A DNA stretch of 63,058 bases, filler included, from Bigelowiella natans CCMP2755 (taxonomy: Eukaryota > Protista > Cercozoa), in assembly GCA_000320545.1 (NCBI GenBank). It is 6 parts of 6 records of this genome, joined end to end, with 100 filler letters (N's around TTAATTAATTAA, not from the genome) between each part and the next. Parts side by side here need not be neighbours in the genome. Positions count along the whole stretch, not along the records: positions 28,592 to 40,922 come from ADNK01002992.1; positions 41,023 to 57,535 come from ADNK01003436.1; 4 more parts are not named here. One strand, given 5' to 3'. The first letter of the stretch is position 1. Each line of letters begins with the position of its first letter. Shown here piece by piece: positions 28,592 to 41,215 of the stretch. The notes below the pieces were generated by a model, which made no database searches, was not told where the DNA came from, and saw nothing but the letters and a program-made list of their open reading frames with translations. A program made the position numbers and the translations under genes.

Positions 28592-29359
28592 CATGCCCAC
28601 TTGAGGATGCGGACGCCGTTAGATATACTCCGGTGGATGTTTGATAATACACTTGCGCAGACGCACGTATGTATACACGCGTAATTCACGCCTGATATTG
28701 ACACCGTCCTTCTCTCTCCCCCCCCCCCTTAATTATGCACAGGGAAGTGATCGCAGCGGCAGGAATCGAGAGGAAGAGAGGAGCCCCCTCCCCTGCGCTG
28801 ATTGGCCTGCAACGCTTCTTCCTCCAACGATGCTACGATGTGTACGTTAATGATTGTGTTTAGTAGTAGTAGTAGTAGTAGCAGTAGTAGTAGTAGTTGG
28901 AGGAAGAAGCGTTGCAGGCCAATCAGCGCAGGGGAGGGGGCTCCTCTCTTCCTCTCGATTCCTGCCGCCGATTACTTTCACCACCACTCCTATCATATCA
29001 ACGGGGGGGATGGCATTGTCTTCGAGCCAACCACTACAATACGCGAACAAACAAACATGCCCACGCGGCGTCTCCACGACATGTGCAGCTGCGGTATTTG
29101 GGTCACCGGGGGAGACTTCAAGCGTGCACGTCGTGGAAGGGGATGTGATGAGCGCCAACGCCGAGAGAATCGGTATCTGCGGCTCCTTGGCCAGGTAACA
29201 GCACGGTTTGCGTTCGAAAACACGCTGTTAAGCATTCAAAGCCAGACTTGCCGTGCTAGCGTGCAAGCTCCGCCGCGCAATACGCTCTCTATCTCCACCC
29301 CCCTCCTTGATCCTTCATCAACATATGTGCATTGTGTGTGTGTGTGTGTGTGTGTGTGC

Positions 29360-29395
<36 letters not shown>

Positions 29396-29859
29396 TGTGT
29401 GATATACTAAATTGCATTATATCTTAGGAAACCTTGCAGAGGAAATATCTCCGCTCAAAAGCGTTCCGAGACGCGTGCAGGAGATCGAAAGAGTACGTCG
29501 TACTGCACAGGAAAATACGCATTACAAGCCATCACGTCAACGTATACGTGTTTGTTGGGTCGGCCACCACGTCGTTTGGCTGCTGCTCACGCATAATAAA
29601 TACCCCTTCCTCCCCCTCCTCCTCCTCCACCTCCTCCTCGTAGAAACTATCAGAATTTTGCAATGCGATTTGGGATTCAGCGGGGAGCTGCTCCGACATT
29701 TGAGGAGCAGATTCGTAACAAAAGCGTTCTCTTCGCCGCCTGCTTGCGGGACTTGGCGAGGTGCAGTGCGAGAGTGCGCACTGAGAACAGAAGCCACGCA
29801 CATACACACGCGTGTGTGTTTGTTTGAATATTTGTTACATTTGTTGCATTTGTTGTGTG

Positions 29860-29915
<56 letters not shown>

Positions 29916-30387
29916 CTGTGTGTGTGTGCACCCTTTCTATTGCTACAACGACCTCCATAGATTCAAGATCGATCTTCTACCGGAAAGCTATCGGAAGCGC
30001 GTGCAGATCGTCATCCCCGCCTTCCTTGATGACTCGAAGCTGCACGTGGGAGGCATCCTGGTAATATATCAACTGTTGTGGAAGTAGAAGTAGTAACAGT
30101 AGTAGCGATGATGGTTGATACACAACGCGCGCACGTATACACGTGGTGATGAAGTTCCCTCCCCTGGATGGATGTGTCGGCTTTGGTAGAAGGACCACGG
30201 AATGGAGGAGATCGCAGCGATTACTCTTAACGCGACGAGGGCCGACCTCACTCCCGCACTTGTACTTCAGAGCGTGAGATTTAGCTTAAAAAAGAAAGAG
30301 GGTGCCTGCGAGATTTCACACGTCTTTGTTGCCTTCAATATTTCGAGAAAATACCAGATCGAAGCGTCCATTATGCTGATATACCTA

Positions 30388-30468
<81 letters not shown>

Positions 30469-30909
30469 CAAGCTAAAACTTCTACCTTGCTACTTCTTAA
30501 GGCGGAGGCATTGTTCTTTCCTGATAACAACGAATCGCCATTTGATACCGTCCTCTTGACGCTCAACTCGTTAGGCCGCCACGGGGTATCATCGTTCTGC
30601 CAGTTTTTATGCCATAGTATATAACTATTTTACATATTATTAAATGTCTGTAAGCGTGTGCGTGTGTGTGTGTGTGTCTGTGTGTGTGTGTGTAAGGTAT
30701 ATGAAATCCGATGGTGTATTTTTATTTTTTCTTCCAAAAACAAGGTTGAATTGAACCACTCTGTGTCGGCGCGCTTTCTGTCGGAAAGCAGCGGAAACAA
30801 GCTGCCGGCAGCAAGTAGTGATTGTCTAGCAAATGCTGCACCGGGGCAAAATAGAGCCGAATATCCAGATGGCGTGCCTGTTAAAATTCGGTTTCTGAAC
30901 GTGAGCTAG
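28592..30909 (+). CDS. Unknown multi-exon protein, 5' truncated by linker
   Basis: A series of GC-richer, AG/GT-bounded open exons between microsatellite introns, e.g. ETLQRKYLRSKAFRDACRR, FKIDLLPESYRKRVQIVIPAFLDDSKLHVGGIL, KDHGMEEIAAITLNATRADL and VELNHSVSARF...VPVKIRFLNVS*. No family recognised. Confidence 0.6.
28756..28968. repeat. Perfect 73-bp inverted repeat (arms 28756-28828 and 28896-28968, 67-bp spacer)
   Basis: The arms are exact reverse complements (gcggcaggaatcgag...cttcctccaac / gttggaggaag...ctcgattcctgccgc). Confidence 0.95.
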
Positions 30910-31782
30910 GCATCATTCATTACTGCGATGCGGTGCCCATATGCATTTAATGACTTCTTCCTCGAGCATGCATGCATGCATGCATATATGTGCTCGTTGT
31001 CGCGCTAAAAATGTCAAAATTACATTGCACGCTGCCTTACAGCAAGCTTCGACCTGCTAGTCAGCACCATTGCGCGCGATGATGACATATGCGGTTGTGG
31101 ATCGATGAGAAACAGAACGCATGCAAGTTATGGCACATAACCACCTAGCTTATATTAGTCGTAGACGCGCGACTAATTTTGGGGCGCCATATTGCAACTA
31201 TATCCGTGTCGAACAGTACGCGCAGCGGCACGGTCTTCTCTTTCGGCAGCCTTACATGTTCAAGTGTTTGGCATCGTCTCTGCGGTCCATGCGATGGCTG
31301 TCAACTGGTCATGCGCTAGCATGCACGTGCAATAAAGCATTGCGCATTTGAACATATGTTAGAAACAAACATACAGATGCGCAACATGAGCGTTGTATTG
31401 CAGTCGCTGCTTTGCACAACTCTATGTGACTGACTATATCTAGCTATCTAGCTTATTGTATCTAGCTAGCTAGACATACTGCTAGACTGCATCGTCAGCA
31501 GAATAATGGCATGCAAGGAGGCATCATCACCAGTGCACACGCGCACACACACATGCAGCTCTACATACTCGCTACACTACGCATGCACCATCGCATGCAG
31601 TCATGCATGAATGATCTCACAGCACAAATAGAGGCAGGGAAATGAAAACAAAGGCTTTATTCGCAAGAAATTGGCCGCTGCTATAATGCTCAAACAGCGC
31701 CGTCGTGCGCTGCGCTTTCGAAAGAAATCTACGGACAATGTATAGAAGATGATGCTCTTTTTACTTCTTCTTGTTGCTGCTA

Positions 31783-32742
31783 TTATTGCAAAAAACGTGG
31801 CAGAAAGACGGGAGCGATCAAGCGTAATTCATGCACGCGAGGAAGGCCTCCCCCTTCTCCATATCCCTCACCACATCTAATAGCTTCGTAGTCGCCGTCG
31901 CAGCTGCAGCGGCGTTTGCCGGTGAGGCCGCCCCATTTGCTGTAGAAGCAGCTTAGGTCTCGAGCTCCTGTGGGATGGCAAGATGCATTCATGTTACAAT
32001 TTTCATCGTCTTCAAATTGAACCGTGATACTTAAAGCACCGCGCACCGTTGTTTTCTCTCTCTCTCCCTCCCCGGCCTTCCCTCGGCCACTGCTGCGCTC
32101 GAAAAGGAAAAGAGTTGATACATCGTCTCGCCCCCCCCCCCCCCCAACCCTCCCTCGGGAATTGCTTTTAAGCGTTTTTGAGTGGGGGCGCATATTTGGG
32201 GGAGGGGGTCCAGGTCTCTCTTCGTTTCTTCTGTATTCTTCACTGCAGCTGAGGTGGTCAAGATGCCAAAAAGACAGCATGCTCGAGGACGACCACCTGC
32301 GCAATGTTACTGAGCTTTGAGGGAGACACGAGCTCCATCGTTCCAGTGAATCCTCGGCCTATGATGCCGCCTGGCAGTTTCTGCTGCTTCGGTGTGCTCT
32401 CCAGAAGGGGCTGCTGCAAGAGGGGGGGGGCCTGGTGGTGGGGGGGGGCGGCGCCGTGGGCTGAGGAAGAAGAAGAAGACGACGCTTTGGTGGCGGAAGA
32501 CCCTCGTCCTTGCGAGCATGCTCGATCGACGCCTACCAGCGCGAGTGGAAGTATAATACAATTTAGCCAAGGGATAAGGAGCAGCCCGCAGTTCGGTGGG
32601 CAAGGGAGGAGGAGGAGGAGGAGGAGGAGGAGGAGGAGGAGAGGAGAGAGGAAACTACAGCGATGAAAATATATGAGAGAAGGTGAATAAATTCAATAAG
32701 GAGGCTGCTGCACACTGCTGCTGCTGCTGCTATTGCCATCGC

Positions 32743-32775
<33 letters not shown>

Positions 32776-32995
32776 GCACTCACACACACAAGTTCTGCTG
32801 CTGCCTATTCTGTTGTTGTTGTTCAGAATAGGATGTTTAAAGCCATAACCAGGTATCACGCTGGTTGATGCTTAACGAGGAATTTCAATTTAAACAAGAG
32901 GTTCATCATCACAACGGAGAGACGAGAACAGGCGGCACTAGCAGGGACGATAGTGAGGATGATGATGATGATGGTGGTGGTGGTGGTGGTGCTGA

Positions 32996-33035
<40 letters not shown>

Positions 33036-33045
33036 TAGCTGGCAG

Positions 33046-33101
<56 letters not shown>

Positions 33102-33109
33102 TACACTTA

Positions 33110-33141
<32 letters not shown>

Positions 33142-36100
33142 TCAGTCGCAAGGCTTCATACCGTCTTCCTCCTTGCCGGCGTTTCCTCTACCAGCTGCCC
33201 CCCCCTCATCAATATCCATCTTGCTTTCCTCCTCCTCCTCCTCCTCTCCCCCTTTCTCCATCCTTCTCTCACTAGCACTTTCTCCTCCTCCTCCTCCTCC
33301 TCCTTCAAACTCCTCCCAATCTATCTTGGGGAGCACCCCAGGAAGCTCGGGGAAGTTGAAGTCAAGATCCGCGACTGCCGCCGGCTCGCCCCCCCCTCTT
33401 TCTCCTCCCTCTCTGACTGCAGGTGATGGCGATGCTGCTACTGTATGGAGGGAGACGGCGGGCGCTCCCTGCCCTTCCCCACCCCCTTCTTCCTCCTCCT
33501 CCTCCTCCTTTCTAATCCCTTCTATTTCAGAACCGCCCTCCCTAGGTGACGCGCCGTCACCTGAGGCTGCCCCGAGCAGAGATAACAGCGCAGAGCAGGA
33601 TATCGACTTGGCAAAGGAGGCAATGCTTTCAACGGCCTGGCTGATTTCGTCTAGTTCGCCGCTCTCCTCTCCCCGGGGGGAGGGGCCGCCGCCGCTGCTG
33701 CTAGCGACGTCCAAGCCGGTGGTGGTAGGGGGGGGGGGGCGAGACGATGTGGTAGCAGGGGCGTCGCCCTCGTTATTATTATTATCATCATCATCGTCGT
33801 CGGTGTTTGCTCGGCCTTGGCCGTTGATCGCCATCCCGTGATGTTGGTGGTAGCGGTCACCTGCATCGCTGTTATCATTTTTATCTTCAATATTTTTACG
33901 GCTACTACTTCTACTACTACTATTACTACTACTACTACTACTACTTTTACTGTCATTGTTTGCGGCACTGCTGCTGCTGCTGGTGGTGGTGCTACTAGGA
34001 TGGTTGGATTGGAGAGGGGGGGGGGGGCGGCGCTCCGCAGGCCGCCGTTTAGGATGCTGCTCCGTTACTACTACTGCTGCTATGTTCTTTGGATGAGCAT
34101 TGATGTCATTCGTCGGTGGCTTCTTCTTCTGCTGCTGCTGCTGCTGCTGCTGCCTGTGCGAGGACGTTGATCGACGGCGTGCCTGCCGCACGATCTGCGC
34201 CCCTCGTGAACGGCCCGTTTTCATCAAGCTTAGGCGGCGGCGGGAAGGAAGAGCCCTGTACGCGCGTAGGCCTCCGCCAATTCTATTGCTGTTACTACTA
34301 CTACTATTACTATCATTTATGTTCGGATCTTCATTGCTACTGGAGGGAGGCGCGCTGCCGCCTGTGGTGGAAGCTATCGTCGTTCGTTGCCGCCCCATGG
34401 CTCCTGGTCCTCCTGACTCTGCTGCTGCTGCTGCTGCTGATGGTGGTGGTGGTGATGATGATGCTACTGCTGATGATGACGACGTTCTGTCATGGAGAGT
34501 GCTGTGGTGTGTGCTATCATCTTCGCTGCTCCCCCCCCCTTTAGCCTTCTTGCTCTCCGCGGCCTTTGTCAATTCTGGAGACACCGCAGCAGCCGCTGCC
34601 CCTGAGGAGGAGGAAGAGCTCGGCACGCATTCGTGCAGCCCCTTCCTCGCCTCTATACCCTCTCCAGACTGCGACGAGAGAGCAGCTAAGGACGGCGACG
34701 GGAGGGGGGGGAGGACGGACAGCTCCGGCTGCCAACTGGGAGCATCGTTAATCGATTGCAGTCGAATCTAAGCAAGAAGAGGAGGAGGGGGGGCAATAGA
34801 CAACAGGTGACGACTCTTAAACGAATAGGGAGGGGGGGGGGGGTTGGCACACGTGGTGTGAATGGATGTGCATGTGCATGTGTGTGTGTGTGTGTGTGTG
34901 TGTGTACATCTGCTTCAAAAATGACTCGCATGATTGTTTTCAGTGGGATATGCGCTCTTCGCACGCACGCACGCACGCACACGCAAGCACCTGTCTACAA
35001 CAACAATAACAACAACAACAACGCACGACTTATTATTGCAGGGGCAGTCCCCTACCTCTCTCCTGAGGGCACGGATCTCTTCACGCAGTATCGCCTGCTC
35101 CTCACCGGCCTCCCTCAGCCTCAGGTTGCGAGCCGCAGCCTCACCCTCGGCCTTGGCACAGGCCTTCTGCGTTCGCAGCAGCCTCTGCTGGAGGGCGACT
35201 ATAGTCCCTGCATCGACGATTCCATTGAGCTTGGCCTGACCCAGCTCACGCTCGAGCTTCTCCACCCTGCCTCTCGCGGCCTGCTCGGCTGCTGCGCTCG
35301 CGCGCGTAGCTTCCTCCTTCTCGCCCTCCAGGCGATCTCGCCACGCGCGAGCCGCGGCGACGTCAGCGGTGAGGCGCGCGTTGGCCTCCTTCAGTGCGGA
35401 GAGCTGCCTCTCGGTACCGCTTTTAAGGTCAAGGAACTCGGTCGTGGCCTTCGCGGCTTTTTGCTCGAGCCGGGCGGTCTCCTTCTCATGAAGCGATCTC
35501 TGCGAATCGAGCTCCGCCTTCATCTCCTCTACCTTTTGTGCCATTCTAGCCGTTTCTGCTCTCGAGGCTGCGAGCAGCTGTTGCGTCGCCTCGGCGGCCT
35601 CTCTCGTTGTGCTAGGCTCCTCCGCTGCCGGCGACATCGTCGCGGGCAGGGTGTCAACTGATGCAGGCTGGTTTGGGATGCTTGCCGCTGCTTCTCCTGC
35701 TGCCGCGGAATGTTGGAGCAGTTGATTCTCTAGGTCTCCAATCAGCTTTTTGTCACTTGCACGCATCTTCTGCGCTGCTTTCAGCTCGCTGTGCAGAGCT
35801 GCGGACCTCTTGTGCGCGGTTACCGCTCTCTTCTTCGCGGCCTCGAGATCTGATCGGAGCCTGCTCCGCTGTCGCTTGAGCGACATTTCCGACTTCTTCA
35901 CGTTGCCGGTGATCTGCCTCTGCCATTGGTTGAATTGGAACTTCAACCCCTCGACCTCAGAGAGCAGCCTGTCGCGATGTCCGGCTAGTTTCCTCAGTTC
36001 GGCATGAAGGTCCTTTGAGACGCTGCTGTGCTGTACCGCCTTTGCGTGGCTCTGCTTTGTCGGCGGGCTTGGCGTCGAGTATGGGCTTGCAGAACTACAT

Positions 36101-36944
36101 ACGATGACTGCTGGAGCAGCAGTAGACGCAGCACCCTTTAGAGCTTCGTTGGAGTCGTCGGTGGGATCCGAAGGATGATCTACAGCTGCTGCCTTCTGAT
36201 TCTCGTGCGGATTGTTCTTGTTCTGCTTCAGCAGTAGCTTCAATCTTTGCGACCGTGTCCGCGATTGGCGCCGGCGCTTGGGGAGATTCGCAATTATTTG
36301 CGGTGTCGATGGGTTGGGGCATGGCGACCCTGCCCATGATACGTCATCGCTGCTCGCCGAGAATGATCCTCCTGAGCTCGACCGCCGAAGACGATGATTC
36401 GGCCTACTCTTTGAGCTTAATGCGTCGTTCGGGTTTGGTAAGTTTCCTGCACATCATACAAGATTCATGAGTACACTACATTTGTTCAACTTTTGAGCTG
36501 GTAGTGTAAGAACAGCATTGTTTGTTTGGAGTTTATCTTACCAGGGCTCGAGAAGGCCTGAGATAAACGGCGGCTTTGAACAATAAGACGATGCTGAACC
36601 GCCCGTTGGACTTTGGCAGAGAGCTTGTTGAATTCCTGTGGGGATCGCGACTTTCGAAGTGGAGAGCTCAAGATATTATTTGTAGATGTGGAAGCTTCAG
36701 ATGCAAGTATCTTTCTCTTGCGACGGCGACGACTGCGGCTGGGCGAGACAAATCCTGGTGGTTTCTCTTTATATCCTTCTGGCAGGTTGAATCTCACTGA
36801 CTTCTTCTTGCCAGCCGCCAGCGGCGTAGCGTTTCGAAGAAGAGAATGAGGCTTTAGGATTGGCTTTACAACACCATCACCGCAACGCGTACTCCCTGTC
36901 TTATTCTCCGTAGCCTCCAACCTATCGCCGCCACTGCCAGCCAT
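31783..36944 (-). CDS. Large multi-exon protein: N-terminal KPILK and KSVRF motifs, central coiled coil, long low-complexity C-terminal half (3' end uncertain)
   Basis: ORFs 36486-36944, 34915-36243 (heptad-rich E/A/R/L), 33142-34626 and 31783-32603 lie on the same strand and are separated by microsatellite introns. Confidence 0.65.
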
Positions 36945-37818
36945 TGGACAAACCCAAGACTAGGCTGCCAGTTGCCAAGCAGGGGGAGAGGGCCTCTCTC
37001 CGACAAGAATTCAGATCTGGAGTATACATGTGACTATTCCACTAAGGATATTTTACCCTGTTTTCCACAGAAACTGTTGTCGTAGGTACAACAATATGGG
37101 ATATTTATCACTATAAGATAAAGTATCGAATCAAAATTCTTCTTGGCGGAAATCACTTGTTTCAGATTTCAACAAGCCCGCGGTTGGATGGGAGGCAGAG
37201 AAAAATTTGTTACGACTGAGAAATATGGAATTATCTTCGTAAAATACATGCTTATTTGAAATTCAGGACAGATCCAAAGTTCTCCGATTCTTCTCTTTAA
37301 GAGACTATAGAAATCGCGCGCGAGTATATCGTATTTGAGCGCGAAGAACACCAGACTATTATGACAATTGAACATAATTTGTTGGGTTATATGACATGAG
37401 TCAAGCGTAAACTCATGTCGTTCGTAATAATTCTTTCAAATAGTTGTCGTAACTTGGTTAGGCAGGGATTTTCATGTATGACGAATAGAGCATGAAACAC
37501 ACGTGACTCGATATTTCCAAGCATAAAAGCGACAATCTTGCTTTGATGTCGTCAGAGATTATTCAAAGCAAATAAGTTGGGTTTTTCGTGCAATCCGGGA
37601 ATAATGGCCATAGTTTACATTCAGATGGAACAGCTCGATTTTCATTCACGGATCTGTTCCGAAAATACGAAGTGGAACCTTATATCGTGAATATTTAATA
37701 TGATTTCTTTGTCGTAGATATGCAGAATGCGTTATTCAATGCTGGTATTTTAGTCTTAGACAGCTTCTCTGCTCTCTGCTGCTCGCGTCGGCTTCTTGTT
37801 TACAAACCCAGGGGTGGA

Positions 37819-38462
37819 ATGGCGAGCGTGGTGAAGCCTCCTCACAAAAAATCTGACAAAATAGAGCAGAAAATCATGGTGCAGCAGTCCGAACCCGCCC
37901 CTCCGCCAAAATATGTGATCAAAATGGCTCTCTGCGCTTGCGTGAACTCGGCGCTGCTCGGGTTCGATTTCTCCGGATATCCAACTTCCCGAAGCGTTGC
38001 ATTGACTCTTCCATGTCGATCGTTGTCAGGTACGACACCGGGGTCCTGAGCGGAGCCCTGCTTTACTTGAGGGATGATATGAACCTCGATACGCAGCAGG
38101 TTAAGGGATTCTGTCTCTTGCATGTGAAGCGACTGCTGATTCATCTCACCTGACAGATTGAGCTCCTCACCAGTTCTATGAACTTCATCGCAATTCCCGG
38201 CTGCTTTGCAGCAGGGATTATTGCCGATGCAATTGGTCGCACTCGTACGCTTTTCTTTGCCTCCCTCACATTTTTGGTAAGTCATTCGAAATGCAGCATC
38301 AGGTCACGATGTGCAGCAATAAGAGTTCAACGCACGGTTATTATCTTTCAGATCGGAGCTTTGCTGATGGCGGGGGCCAACGACTACGGAACTTTATTTC
38401 TAGGGCGATCGTTGATTGGAATAGGTTGGAGCTTTCTCAAACTCCTCGCCCCATCACCCCCC

Positions 38463-38505
<43 letters not shown>

Positions 38506-38774
38506 GCTTATATGACATTTTATTAGGTGTCGGATGTGGTTTGGCGATCGACCCTCTTTACATCGCTGAGATGTCGCCCCCAGAGTAAGTATCTCATACG
38601 AATCATTCTTGACTGGAGAATGCCGGCTGATCCCTTTGTTTTGCATGTATCACCTTTATTATCGTATAATTCACCGGATGAAATCAGGTGGAGGGGAAAA
38701 TTGACATCATACTCTGAAACGGCCATCAATATCGGGATCCTCTCTGGGTGAGAGCAGCGCGCACGCGTGCGCGC

Positions 38775-38816
<42 letters not shown>

Positions 38817-39028
38817 CGCTTAAACAAAAATTGTAAATTAATTTTGAATTAAATTTGGGGAAAGGGTAGGGAAGAATTGGGAAAGTGATTATATTACCTA
38901 AGGATCTACCTCGAGCATGAAATTTGTTACGAACGACGTCAGGTACTTATCAAACGTCTGCTTCATGTGGCTTCCCTCAGAGTACAATTGGCGTGTTATG
39001 CTCGCGGTATTAATTGATCTTATATCAT

Positions 39029-39065
<37 letters not shown>

Positions 39066-39596
39066 TGTCACCTCTTCTTTCCCCCCCACGCCCACAAAAA
39101 TTTCCATCAGCGTTATTCTACTTCTTAAAGATCCTTTTTTATTTTGTCGATGTTATTGTGAGATCTTCTCTCCCCCCCCCCCCCCCCCCACGCAAGATGG
39201 GCGCGGTGCCTCCGTTCATTATGATGGTTTTGGCGACGTACGTGATGCCGGACACGCCGAGGTGATTGATGGTGATTGATGGTGGTGGTGGTGGTAGTCC
39301 CAACTCGCAAAAAAAGAAAGCCGTTCATTTGGCTGGGGGGGGGATAGACTCACCGTCGGAAGTCGGCCAATGTGAATAACACAAGGGAACGCACCGTATA
39401 GGTTTTACATGTCAAAAGGCAGGACTGCGGAGGCGGAAGCTGTGCTGAAGAAGATAGCAAGGTCGTCATCGTTGAATGGCACAGCATTCAGTCGCCAAAT
39501 AACAGCAATAGGCTTACTGCCTTTCCTCGTTTTTGATATACTCTTAGATAGATGAGAGCGACTTTTGGAACTATTTATTAGCTCTTGTTAACTCTT

Positions 39597-39642
<46 letters not shown>

Positions 39643-39658
39643 TTCCTCCCCCTGTAAT

Positions 39659-39693
<35 letters not shown>

Positions 39694-39707
39694 ATGCACT
39701 TAACATC

Positions 39708-39750
<43 letters not shown>

Positions 39751-40799
39751 ATGTTTTCAGGAGCGAAAGCGAAGCAAAGGCTATAAAGCAGGTTTTGGTG
39801 TTGTCTGATCCCATTTCCCTAGATCTCTCCCTTCCTTCTCTTCCTCTCACTGTGTGTATATTGTGTTTGTATGTGCGTATGCGCGTGCGTGTGTTTCCTT
39901 ATCTTCCCCACCCCCGGTCGCGTGCAAAGGATATCCTCGAATCCATTGCGGAGGAAAAACAGACATCTGCAAGTCGTACAGCACAACACACACACACACA
40001 CACACACTTACACAAAACAAACACGACGATTTTCCATGATGATGATGATGATAATGATGATGATGATGATGATGACGACGAGGACGACTCACGCCATCGA
40101 GGCTGCCAAGAAGAACAGCAAACACTCTCATCATGCATTCGCACATATATTCACCGATACTGCGCCATCTCACCATGCTGCATATGTCACGCCGCATATC
40201 CAAAGAGGAGGGCTGGCGAAGGGTTCTCTGCCCGGACCCGATCTTAAAGCGCATGCTCATGGTGACGCTCATGATCTCTGCGCTCCAGCAGCTCTGCGGG
40301 GTCGACGTAATCCTTTACTACGCGCCGATTATCATGGAGAGCGGCGGCATCAGAAGCCGCTTGGCACAGCTTGCACTTACAGCTGTAGCAGGATTGGCCA
40401 AGGTTATTTGCGGAACTTTGCATGTTGTCGTTCTCCTACTCTTCCTCCAACTTCACCCCTGTGCATCCCCCCCCCCCCCCCTCCCCGGCTTCTCGCGCCC
40501 ATTCCTAGTCGTAGCGATTGCTGCGGAAGGAAGGCATGGCCAATGATTGTATATTGTATATTCGCGGAAACACAACGCAGGTTGGAGTGCTGTTCATCAC
40601 CATGCACTACCTTGACCACAAGTCCGCGGGGCGGCGTCCGCTGATGCTCTTGTCGTTCGGCATCCTCGCCGCCTCCACCACGATGGTGGCCATCGGCTTT
40701 GGTGTAAACTCGCTCCCCGTCATGGTGATAGGAATCATCATCTTCTGTGGAGGGTTCTCCGTGGGGGCGGGGCCTATTTGCTGGCTAATGAACTCGGAG
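37819..40799 (+). CDS. MFS sugar-porter family transporter (polyol/inositol-like), 3' truncated by linker
   Basis: Spliced: NSALLG|YDTGVLSGALLY; ADAIGRTRTL; GRSLIGIG|VGCGLAIDPLYIAEMSPPE|WRGKLTS; NWRVML; MPDTPR; LQQLCGVDVILYYAPII; DHKSAGRRPL; FSVGAGPICWLMNSE. These are sugar-porter signatures. Confidence 0.93.
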
Positions 40800-40844
40800 G
40801 TCGGAAGAAGGGGGGGGGGATAGGGGAAGACCACGCTGTGCACA

Positions 40845-40897
<53 letters not shown>

Positions 40898-41144
40898 TGC
40901 AGATATATAAATATAATATATANNNNNNNNNNNNNNNNNNNNNNNNNNNNNNNNNNNNNNNNNNNNTTAATTAATTAANNNNNNNNNNNNNNNNNNNNNN
41001 NNNNNNNNNNNNNNNNNNNNNNTTCCCCCCCCTCCCCCCCTCCCCTCCTCTCTCTCTCTAACTCTCTCCGTGTGTGTGTGTGTGTGTGTGTGTGTGATAC
41101 GTCGGTGAAAAAAGAAGCTCTTCGTTGTTAAGAGAAAGACGAAA

Positions 41145-41184
41145 TCAATAAACACATATGATTAACGTATTAAGATAAATACAA

Positions 41185-41215
<31 letters not shown>

